In this document: in pieces, positions 1 to 6,507 of the stretch
Layout: each line of letters begins with the position of its first letter
Numbering within the stretch: position 1 is the first letter of the stretch
Notes under the pieces: model-generated
Told to the model about the DNA's origin: nothing
Databases searched by the model: none
What the model saw: only the letters and a program-made list of their open reading frames with translations
Assembly (NCBI GenBank): GCA_050731075.1
Contig: JBOHOM010000246.1
Coordinates: forward strand, 1 to 32,993
Source: Nitrospiraceae bacterium
GTDB lineage: Bacteria; Nitrospirota; Nitrospiria; Nitrospirales; Nitrospiraceae
Reading direction: 5' to 3'
DNA length: 32,993 bases
Position numbers and translations under genes: made by a program

Positions 1-1
1 C

Positions 2-205
2 ACAGGCACAGTGCGTGAGGTGAGCTCGATGGGAGCGCTGCTTCGAGTGGGGATCGACTGCGGATTTTTGCTTTCCGCGATCGTGACTCGCTCAGCGATG
101 GAAGATTTGCATTTGGTCTCAGGAGCACCCGTCGTTGCCGCGGTGAAGACCGGCGCAATTCATTTGGTGCCCAGACAGGGCAGCCTTGCGGCTGTCACCG
201 CATGA
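2..205 (+). CDS. 3' end of a gene cut by the window edge; C-terminal TOBE/Mop-like domain as in ModC/CysA-type ABC transporter ATPases
   Basis: The frame is open from position 2 to the TGA at 203-205. The tail LLRVGIDCGFLLSAIVTRSAMEDLHLVSGAPVVAAVKTGAIHLV fits the TOBE pattern (..a.iT..s...L.L..G..V.A.iK..a..l). Only 67 codons are visible. Confidence 0.45.
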   Translation, partial: TGTVREVSSMGALLRVGIDCGFLLSAIVTRSAMEDLHLVSGAPVVAAVKTGAIHLVPRQGSLAAVTA

Positions 206-1277
206 TCACCTTGCCGGTCTTGCGCCAATACCACTGGATGGAGAAGTTCGGGTAGATCGCATCCAGGGCATTCTGTCCCGCCACCGTGAACAGAACCCCG
301 GCTGCGCCGACAAGGTTGGTGTCCCCGAACCGCCACTGAATCACCGGCTCAATCCCCAGCGTGGAGGAGCCGCTCCGCTGTCCCCGATTAATGGCATGCC
401 CATCCGAGCGCCAGGTGAGGGTATGGAGACTCACGAATTCGAGGTTGTAGGCCAAGCTCTTCTTGTCATCGAGGAAGTGTTCAAACACAAGCCGGGTATT
501 GACAATATCACCCGTATAGGTGGTGGTGCCTCCCTCACTGCCTGGCGCGGAATAGGTGTGAAACACGCCGCCGCTGATCCGGAATGGCCTGAAATTCTTC
601 CGAAATGTGAGGCCTCCCGTGAAGCCTAACTCGCCAAACCGGGTTGAGGGAAGCCGGCCAATGGGCGCAAAACCACCGGGCGGTCTCTCTGTGCCAGTCC
701 ATCGGCTAGACGGGAGGACGAGTTGCCCATAAAGTGTGACCGAAGGCCGCGAGGTGTCAGGATCCTGGATCATCGGGCGATACTTGACGAACAGGGAGAC
801 GTCCCCAAAGCCGGTAGTGGTCGTCACCGGTCCCCCTTTGCCTTGATTGAAGCTCTGGGAATCCCTGGCCCAGAATGAGGACATTGAGAGGGCGGTGCCT
901 ATCTCCACGTGGTTCGTGAGGCCGTAGGCGATGGTCACTAATGGAGACACGGAATACAAATGCACCGGACCGGGTTTGCGCTCGGTCGGCAACGTGAAGC
1001 GATTGCCGTAGCTGTGTTCGGCCACCTGTCCGTAAATAAATGGGCGGACGGAGAGTTGTCCCTCTGGGTGAATATCGACAGCTTGAATGAGGAGTGGGCC
1101 CTCTGACAACGGGTTCCAGCTCTGACGGTATTTCTGAATTTCTTGTTCAGAGGGGACCCACTCGAAAGCTGAGAGGTTCACTGGATCGCACAAGTGAAAA
1201 GAGATAAGCCCGAGCAGTATGAATCTCGCCAGCAGGCTAGTGTCAAGGTGGTGAGAGGGTGCGGTCAAAGCATTCAT
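195..1277 (-). CDS. putative outer-membrane beta-barrel protein (resembles the MetA-pathway/phenol-degradation-like OMP class)
   Basis: 360-aa ORF preceded by GAGGA 5 nt upstream of the ATG. It has a hydrophobic N-terminus, alternating aromatic/Gly-rich beta-strand-like segments and an aromatic C-terminal stretch (NFSIQWYW). Its 3' end overlaps the convergent upstream gene by 11 nt. Confidence 0.55.
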   Translation of the reverse strand: MNALTAPSHHLDTSLLARFILLGLISFHLCDPVNLSAFEWVPSEQEIQKYRQSWNPLSEGPLLIQAVDIHPEGQLSVRPFIYGQVAEHSYGNRFTLPTERKPGPVHLYSVSPLVTIAYGLTNHVEIGTALSMSSFWARDSQSFNQGKGGPVTTTTGFGDVSLFVKYRPMIQDPDTSRPSVTLYGQLVLPSSRWTGTERPPGGFAPIGRLPSTRFGELGFTGGLTFRKNFRPFRISGGVFHTYSAPGSEGGTTTYTGDIVNTRLVFEHFLDDKKSLAYNLEFVSLHTLTWRSDGHAINRGQRSGSSTLGIEPVIQWRFGDTNLVGAAGVLFTVAGQNALDAIYPNFSIQWYWRKTGKVIMR

Positions 1278-1331
1278 TCTTTTCCTCGGGTGACGTTCGT
1301 AAGGGACTTATATACATATAATTGATACATT

Positions 1332-1341
1332 TTGTTAACAA
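1332..1341. promoter_or_regulatory. perfect 10-bp palindrome TTGTTAACAA in an AT-rich island upstream of the OMP gene (candidate operator)
   Basis: TTGTTAACAA equals its own reverse complement. It lies in the only strongly AT-rich stretch of the window (about 1300-1350), roughly 55 nt upstream of the ATG at 1277. Confidence 0.25.
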
Positions 1342-1465
1342 TTAATTTATAGACGCCTTATCCATGGCTTAAGAGAGTTTCTTCTCGCTGCAGGAGTCGT
1401 CATTTTCCGGCGGCCAGGAGTAATTCGTTGTGCAGCCGGTTCAAGGAAAGGGAAGAATCTCAGCC

Positions 1466-1635
1466 TACTGGAGGAAAAATAACTCTCCGCTGCGAGCTGA
1501 TCGAACGCATCGGTTCAACCGAAGGTTGGTATGGTGAAGGAATTTAAACCTACTGGTGGCAAAAGAACTCTCCGCCCGCATCTGATCGAAGCGGGCGGTT
1601 CACACGAAGTGTGGTATGGTGGAGATGGTCCTTGT
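1466..1635 (-). repeat. tandem 85-nt structured repeat (2 copies plus a partial third next to the tRNA 3' end)
   Basis: Units are 1466-1550 and 1551-1635, with 54/72 identity over the conserved part. Hairpin H1 is 1516-1528 / 1601-1613 and hairpin H2 is 1487-1513 / 1572-1598. 13 of the 18 differences fall in stems and keep or improve pairing. Confidence 0.7.
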
Positions 1636-1746
1636 CGCGAAGCGACACCTTGTTTCGGCACACAACCTCATTGCCTACAGGTACAACTGGCGCGCCACTG
1701 CCTGTTGGCGAATGAGCCGAGCGCTTCTGTCGCGCCAAGTGAGGTA

Positions 1747-1822
1747 TGGTGGCGGTGGGCGGGATCGAACCGCCGACCCGCGGCTTATGAGTCCGCTGCT
1801 CTACCAACTGAGCTACACCGCC
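1747..1822 (-). tRNA. tRNA with CAU anticodon (elongator tRNA-Met type; tRNA-Ile2/lysidine not excluded)
   Basis: 76-nt cloverleaf on the minus strand: GGCGGTG TA GCTC AGTTGGTA GAGC A GCGGA CTCATAA GCCGC GGGTC GGCGG TTCGATC CCGCC CACCGCC ACCA. The acceptor stem is perfect, the 1:72 pair is G-C (so not an initiator) and CCA is encoded. There is one A-G mismatch at the loop-proximal anticodon-stem pair. Confidence 0.93.
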
Positions 1823-1832
1823 ACGCACATGC

Positions 1833-1861
1833 TATGTACCAAGGGCCATCCGCCACGTCAA
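1833..1861 (-). promoter_or_regulatory. candidate sigma70-type promoter for the tRNA (TTGACG-17-TACATA)
   Basis: On the minus strand, TTGACG (1861-1856) is followed by a 17-nt spacer and TACATA (1838-1833). The tRNA 5' end lies 10 nt downstream of the -10 element. Confidence 0.4.
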
Positions 1862-1962
1862 GGGTTCTCTCAATGGACGGGAGAGCGATGACCCCAACGC
1901 GGGGACGTCACAATCCTTCAACAAATCCAGGCAGGTAAGAGGAGATTGAACCGGGAAGGATG

Positions 1963-2430
1963 TCAACCGACCAAATCGGGATTAAGCCGATCCAGACTCC
2001 GGATGCTGTTGGCTTTGATTTCATTGTAGATCATAACGCGGCCGGCCTGGCGAAGGCGACTGAAGACGCCTTCCACGATGACCTGCTCACCGTCGTGCAC
2101 TTCTGCTCTCCCTAATCCCACGACTTTCACCGAACCATTCGTGTCATTGAGCAGAAATCCGTACGCCAGGTGTCCCTGACGATTCGTGGCAATCTGCAGA
2201 TTGGTGACCCTCCCCACCACCACCACCATCTGCTTATCGTATTGATCCGGGTGGGACAGCAGGTCGGCAATCTCCATCATGCCTCCGGCCATCAGCCATG
2301 CCGCTGCTCCCGTGATAACGAGCACCACGCACAGCACAACACCCTTGCAGATGACGCGCAGACGGGGCCGGGTCCCTATGCCGTCGCTGCTACAATTTCC
2401 GGTCTTCGCCGAGAAAGCTCCGCAAGACAT
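1963..2430 (-). CDS. hypothetical membrane-anchored protein with an OB-fold-like C-terminal domain
   Basis: 155-aa ORF with one N-terminal hydrophobic helix (VVLCVVLVITGAAAWLMAGG), followed by a beta-rich segment (MVVVVGRVTNLQI...GSVKVVGLG...VIVEGVF) typical of small OB-fold domains. The ATG at 2430 overlaps the upstream gene by 41 nt. An in-frame GTG at 2337 would remove the overlap. Confidence 0.55.
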   Translation of the reverse strand: MSCGAFSAKTGNCSSDGIGTRPRLRVICKGVVLCVVLVITGAAAWLMAGGMMEIADLLSHPDQYDKQMVVVVGRVTNLQIATNRQGHLAYGFLLNDTNGSVKVVGLGRAEVHDGEQVIVEGVFSRLRQAGRVMIYNEIKANSIRSLDRLNPDLVG

Positions 2431-3553
2431 GCTCGCCCAACTGGCCCAACTGCGGTTCGGACGGTTGGGTCCCTTCCTTCGGCTCTACGGCCACCGCCCT
2501 GGGCTTCGGAGAGACTCTGCTCATCAACTCTTGCTCCACTGCGTCCGGTGAAGTGTCCATCTCGGCCAAGATGGCGGAGAGACGCTGGAGCGGGAAGAGC
2601 GATTTGGTCTGATCGCCGTACTCAGCGTTTGTCCTGGATTCCTGGACCAGAGACAGCCAAAAGCGGTTTTCCTGATCTTCCGGGAAGGTGCCTGCTGCGA
2701 ACGCCGTCAGCTTCTCCACCAAGGCGACTTCCGTCCCTTCACCGCCGTCATACACCGCCACGGTACGTTCGACAGGTCGCTGCGAGAGGGCCGCGAAGGT
2801 CTCCTTCCATAGATCGATCGGCGGGGTAAGAGCCTGCTCCGCGGGTGATCTGACGTCCTGGAGCTTGGCCTGGAGACCCTGTAGATACTGGTGGAGGTAC
2901 TTGGCCTTTCGCGCGGCGAGACTGCCGGCGGGAATCCCCCAAATGTGGCCGATCTCATGGTCCTGGAGCGGCACCCCGCTTGACGCCTCGAGCTCCCGCT
3001 TCGCGATCTCCAAGCGTTTGTGTTCCCGCTCGAGTCTCCTGAGTTGACGCTGATATTCAACGCGCAGACGCTCCTTGCGGTAGCGCTCGTCTGTGATCTC
3101 GTCCGCTTCCCATTTGCGATCAAGTTCCCGGATCGCTGTTTTGGGGACATCGGTGCGCGCCTGTGTTTTCAGCCCCTGAATCTCCTCCGCATCCATCCCA
3201 AACCGGGAGGCGAGGAGCTGTTCGGACAGCGAGCACAGCAGTCCGCTCACCGCAATCTGTGAGCGCAGGCACTGGATCTGAAGCCAGGTACGTTCCCGTT
3301 TCTGCCGGATTCTGGTTCGGTATTGGGCCACGCGATCCGTGATGCCCTGAAGGGTCTCTTGCGAAATGTACGGCGTCTTGGGCTTCTCCCCCGCATGAAA
3401 TCGGGGATCCGGGCGATCGCCTGCCATATACTCGATGTCTTCCCGCGTGACGTCCAGATATTGAAGCAACAACAGACGCAACATGATCCGCCCTTGCACC
3501 GGGAGGGCATTCACGACGGCTTCGATCTGTTCCGGAGTCAGCACGGTGGCCAT
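2390..3553 (-). CDS. hypothetical protein with a central charged coiled-coil region, no recognisable family
   Basis: 387-aa ORF with AGGA 7 nt upstream of the ATG. It contains the long charged helix ERYRKERLRVEYQRQLRRLEREHKRLEIAKRELE and a possible HTH-like segment IWGIPAGSLAARKAKY. No catalytic motif was recognised. Confidence 0.65.
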   Translation of the reverse strand: MATVLTPEQIEAVVNALPVQGRIMLRLLLLQYLDVTREDIEYMAGDRPDPRFHAGEKPKTPYISQETLQGITDRVAQYRTRIRQKRERTWLQIQCLRSQIAVSGLLCSLSEQLLASRFGMDAEEIQGLKTQARTDVPKTAIRELDRKWEADEITDERYRKERLRVEYQRQLRRLEREHKRLEIAKRELEASSGVPLQDHEIGHIWGIPAGSLAARKAKYLHQYLQGLQAKLQDVRSPAEQALTPPIDLWKETFAALSQRPVERTVAVYDGGEGTEVALVEKLTAFAAGTFPEDQENRFWLSLVQESRTNAEYGDQTKSLFPLQRLSAILAEMDTSPDAVEQELMSRVSPKPRAVAVEPKEGTQPSEPQLGQLGEHVLRSFLGEDRKL

Positions 3554-3586
3554 GACGGTGTCCTACGCGTGACGGAGACGAACGGG

Positions 3587-3799
3587 TTACGCAGAGCTGT
3601 TCGCTTGGGACTCCAGGTAGGTCGCCACGTACTCCCGGATCTGCTGCACTGATCCGTTGACATAGAGCTCTCGGGGGATCTCGACTTTCACCAGCTTGGC
3701 TGGATCGACACCCTTCTCGATGGCATATTCCTCATCTACGTAGAGGCTCACGGACCCGTCCGGATGTCTGATGGCACACAGGGAAGTTGACTCGCCCAT
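3587..3799 (-). CDS. small hypothetical protein (70 aa)
   Basis: ORF ending 33 nt upstream of the 387-aa gene on the same strand, with AAGG about 10 nt upstream of the ATG. Its composition is protein-like and no family was recognised. Confidence 0.45.
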   Translation of the reverse strand: MGESTSLCAIRHPDGSVSLYVDEEYAIEKGVDPAKLVKVEIPRELYVNGSVQQIREYVATYLESQANSSA

Positions 3800-3879
3800 G
3801 CGATACGCCTTACGCGCGGAGTGCCCCTACGCCGGAGCTACTCGCTCGCTTCCCTGATAGCACAGCCTCACCTGCTCTG

Positions 3880-4566
3880 TCAAAGCCGTGGAGGCCCTGC
3901 CTCTGGCGCTGTGAAGCAGCGTCTGCGCCAGAAGACGTAGGCGGTAAAGGCGATCAACGTCACCAGAAAGACCGTCCTGACGCGCCCATACCCGAAACAG
4001 GCGTAATTCGCGCTGCCGTTGAGGAGACCGAAGCCGGCATAGGCCATGTAGAGCAGCAGCGACCAGCGGCGCAGCCGCAGGAAGCCATAGCCGATGAGGA
4101 TGTGCAGAGTCGGGGACTGCGCTTTCGCCAAGGCTCCCAACAGGCCGGCTGGCCTCGTGCAAAAGACGGTCAATGAGTAGCCGGGGTTGGCCACGATAAT
4201 ATAGAGGTCCGTCAAGGCGGTCAGCAAGAAGAGGGCTCCGAGATACCGCACGTCGTGGGCGCGGTCCCAGATGACCTTCAGGGTCTGCCGTAACCCCGCC
4301 TCTGGTGACTGAGCGGCGAGCCAGGCGTCGTAGCTTTGGATCGCCCACCACGGGAGAAAGAGGAGCATGAGAAACAAGACGGCGGCGCCGCCTCCGTCTG
4401 CCTGCGCGATCACCCAGGTGCAACCGAGCAATGCCGCGCTGATCAGAAAGGCGACGGCGGCCTGTGGAATCCGTCCTCGGAGTGCTTGGCCTGACCCCGG
4501 CACCACGGATGAGAGTACGGCGGCCACGGGGTCACGAGCGGCTGCGCGGTTGGAATCAGGCGGCAT
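3880..4566 (-). CDS. hypothetical polytopic integral membrane protein
   Basis: 228-aa ORF with several hydrophobic helices (AAVAFLISAALLGCTWVI, AAVLFLMLLFLPWWAI, YLGALFLLTALTDLYIIV, TVFLVTLIAFTAYVFW). No Shine-Dalgarno sequence is visible because an inverted-repeat element begins 4 nt upstream of the ATG, so the start is uncertain. Confidence 0.6.
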   Translation of the reverse strand: MPPDSNRAAARDPVAAVLSSVVPGSGQALRGRIPQAAVAFLISAALLGCTWVIAQADGGGAAVLFLMLLFLPWWAIQSYDAWLAAQSPEAGLRQTLKVIWDRAHDVRYLGALFLLTALTDLYIIVANPGYSLTVFCTRPAGLLGALAKAQSPTLHILIGYGFLRLRRWSLLLYMAYAGFGLLNGSANYACFGYGRVRTVFLVTLIAFTAYVFWRRRCFTAPEAGPPRL

Positions 4567-4569
4567 GTT

Positions 4570-4785
4570 TAGCCCGGATTATTCATGAACGTTTCTGCTG
4601 CAATCGCCCATTCGCTGCTGCGACGAGCCTGCCCGCGCTCTGGATGGCGGGCACGCGGGCTGGCTCGCCGCTCAGTCTCTCGACGTACTCTTTCAAGTAC
4701 GCCTCGGTCCCTCGCGGCTCGGCGCGCCCGTCTCGCGACGCGACTGTGCGATTTCGCGACGAACCGTCATGAATAACCCGGGCTA
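4570..4785. repeat. MITE-like element: 19-nt terminal inverted repeats (18/19) flanking about 178 bp of non-coding DNA
   Basis: The left arm TAGCCCGGATTATTCATGA (4570-4588) matches the reverse complement of the right arm TCATGAATAACCCGGGCTA (4767-4785) at 18 of 19 positions. Inside are a hairpin TGCCCGC..GCGGGCA and repeated TCGCGAC motifs. The ORFs called across it on both strands look spurious. Confidence 0.55.
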
Positions 4786-4822
4786 GGCATCCGATGCAGG
4801 TGAGGTGGAGGGGAGCTGAAAC

Positions 4823-4857
4823 AGCACGGCCTTCCGTGGGGACCGGAAGGCCGTGCT
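4823..4857 (-). terminator. stem-loop terminator candidate downstream of the chlorite-dismutase-family gene
   Basis: Perfect 14-bp stem AGCACGGCCTTCCG / CGGAAGGCCGTGCT with a 7-nt loop, 24 nt past the stop codon at 4881. On the minus strand it is followed by GTTTCAG, which is only a short U-tract. Confidence 0.55.
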
Positions 4858-4880
4858 CCAGGCGACGGGAGAAGGCTGGA

Positions 4881-5588
4881 TCACCCACCCAGAGTGTCGA
4901 GCGCTTCTTTCAGGCTCTTCATGATGCAGCTGAAGATGGGGGTGTCGCGTTCGGTGTATCGGCTCGCCTCGGCCTGGCGAAGCTCCATCACCAGATCCAG
5001 GAAATCCTCCGGCTTGTCGGTTTCGAACGCGACCACAAACTCCTGGTCATCCAACCCGAAGGAATAGGTGGTGTTCAGCTTGACCGACGGATAGCGGTGG
5101 CCGATCTCGATATGCTCGTCCATCATGCCCTGCCTGGCCGCTTTGGTCAGCAGGTACCACGAACGCGTTTTCACGAAGGGGTAGACGAAAATGTATTTGC
5201 TCTTCCCCGGAACGATGTGCAGTCGCTTACTCTCCTGGCCTTCATGCACATGGTGATCCACATAGATCGACCGCTTGGTCAGGGACAGGTAGGAGTAAGG
5301 CGCCGTGAGATATTTGCCGAGGGCGGTGGCCAGCAGCTTGGACATCATCTCCTGGAACAGCTCCAGCTCGTAGCCGATCCGCCAGAGCATGAAGTCGCAG
5401 TCTCCCCGAATCCCCACCGTGGTATACGCAATCACGATGACTTTTCCGGCGTATTCTTCCACGACCCGGAGGAATTCCTGCTTTCCCCGGCTTCGCTCTT
5501 CTTCCGGCAGCCTCCGCCAGGCGGGATCCACCTTGAAGAAACAGAAGTTGATGAATTGCCGCTTGCCCGCCTGCTCAGCGCTAGCCAT
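4881..5588 (-). CDS. chlorite dismutase family protein (Cld-like / HemQ-like, cytoplasmic form)
   Basis: 235 aa, preceded by a strong RBS (GAAGGAGGAG). The N-terminus FINFCFFKVDPAWRRLPEEER and the overall pattern are typical of the chlorite dismutase/HemQ family. There is no signal peptide. The Cld versus coproheme-decarboxylase subtype cannot be decided here. Confidence 0.7.
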   Translation of the reverse strand: MASAEQAGKRQFINFCFFKVDPAWRRLPEEERSRGKQEFLRVVEEYAGKVIVIAYTTVGIRGDCDFMLWRIGYELELFQEMMSKLLATALGKYLTAPYSYLSLTKRSIYVDHHVHEGQESKRLHIVPGKSKYIFVYPFVKTRSWYLLTKAARQGMMDEHIEIGHRYPSVKLNTTYSFGLDDQEFVVAFETDKPEDFLDLVMELRQAEASRYTERDTPIFSCIMKSLKEALDTLGG

Positions 5589-5613
5589 TGCGCTCCTCCT
5601 TCGACCCGATCTC

Positions 5614-5639
5614 AGATAGTCAGCGGAACGCTGCTATCT
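5614..5639 (-). promoter_or_regulatory. imperfect palindrome/hairpin in the leader of the Cld-like gene
   Basis: AGATAGTCAGCG gaa CGCTGCTATCT forms 11 bp with one bulged T. It lies 26-51 nt upstream of the ATG at 5588, just 5' of the RBS. Confidence 0.3.
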
Positions 5640-5798
5640 ACCACCTCCCCCCATTGTTTGTCAACCCGCGCCACGGGGTTCGGAATGAGGCTCCCGTGTG
5701 TTTCAGAGCCTCGGTCGCCGCGATCGATTTCGACAAGTGGACCAGCGGCCAGTCGAGGCGTTGACAGGGGTCCGGCGATCTGCTATCGCCTCACCCCT

Positions 5799-6419
5799 AT
5801 GGGAACGGCAGGGGGGCGGACGCGTAACCGGGTAGGAAGGGTGGCGCGGGCCATCGCGCTCGGATACGTCCTCGCGGGGCCGGTTTGCGCTCAGGCGATT
5901 GAGGTGCAGCCCAGCCGATTGCAGATTGAGGCTGCCCTCGAGCGAGGGAAAGTCGCGGCGGCGGCTCGGACCCCTCCGGATCGACTCTACACCTGGTTCG
6001 GCTCGGCCAATGCGTTAGAGCCGCGCGGCTTTCTCATGACCAAGCTGGCCGGGCTCACGGTGATGGCCACGCATTTTGCACTCCGCTCTGCCACCCCCTC
6101 CGGCGCCGAGATCAATCGGATCCTCGAGGAACGGACGCTCCTGATCAGCCTCTTGATCCTGGGGGACCGTCCCAATTTTGCCCTGGACAGCTATGTGGTC
6201 TTGCTGCAAGGTCCGCGCACGATCAAGCCCCTAACCGTGCGGTTCGACGGCCAAGCCAGCCGGACCGCCGTCTGGCCGAATGCCCCAGCCTATCGGGCCA
6301 AGGTGGTGGCGTCGTTCTCCTATGCCGATCTAGACCCGCTCGCCAAGACGAGAATCTCGGTGTTTCCGGGCAGCGGCGGTGAGGTGTCGTTTGAGGTGGA
6401 TTTCAAGGAGATCGAGTGA
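5799..6419 (+). CDS. hypothetical secreted protein
   Basis: This is the 3' part of the 541-aa ORF-track entry. Only this part lies outside the antisense shadow of the Cld-like gene. It has a signal peptide, ARAIALGYVLAGPVCAQA followed by IEV. The start is either ATG 5799 or in-frame GTG 5841. A TTGACA-17-TATCGC promoter-like site lies at 5761-5789. Confidence 0.55.
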   Translation: MGTAGGRTRNRVGRVARAIALGYVLAGPVCAQAIEVQPSRLQIEAALERGKVAAAARTPPDRLYTWFGSANALEPRGFLMTKLAGLTVMATHFALRSATPSGAEINRILEERTLLISLLILGDRPNFALDSYVVLLQGPRTIKPLTVRFDGQASRTAVWPNAPAYRAKVVASFSYADLDPLAKTRISVFPGSGGEVSFEVDFKEIE

Positions 6420-6440
6420 TCGCGCAGCTCCGCCGGGCGG

Positions 6441-6469
6441 TTGACCGCTGTGGGCACCGATGATAGCAT
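6441..6469 (+). promoter_or_regulatory. candidate sigma70-type promoter for cinA (TTGACC-17-TAGCAT)
   Basis: TTGACC at 6441-6446, a 17-nt spacer, and TAGCAT at 6464-6469. Because the -10 element lies downstream of ATG 6460, this site favours GTG 6508 as the cinA start. Confidence 0.4.
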
Positions 6470-6507
6470 CCGCCGCATCGGTGGGGGAGTATGGTCGGGG
6501 AATCCCC

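Noticed and set aside
1466-1635. Possible CRISPR array or minisatellite.
   Set aside because: There are only two full units, they are directly adjacent without spacers, the unit length is 85 nt, and no cas genes are present. This does not look like a CRISPR array.
1531-1938. ORFs (135, 92 and 91 aa) spanning the tRNA and the tandem repeats.
   Set aside because: They read straight through a canonical tRNA gene (for example ...VAQLVEQRTHKPRVGGSIPP, a classic tRNA translation artefact).
3827-4423. 198-aa minus-strand ORF in an alternative frame of the membrane-protein gene.
   Set aside because: It is Arg-rich and low-complexity, and it overlaps a frame that shows coherent transmembrane helices.
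4464-4888. ORFs of 63-102 aa on both strands across the 4570-4785 element.
   Set aside because: They are mutually overlapping and lie inside an inverted-repeat, hairpin-rich non-coding element. They have no RBS and an implausible composition.
4794-5798. N-terminal two thirds of the 541-aa plus-strand ORF (4794..6419).
   Set aside because: It runs antisense to the well-supported chlorite-dismutase-family gene and across the intergenic region. Its sequence is low-complexity and Arg/Gly/Pro-rich, typical of shadow ORFs in GC-rich DNA. Only the part from 5799 (or 5841), with a signal peptide, looks real.
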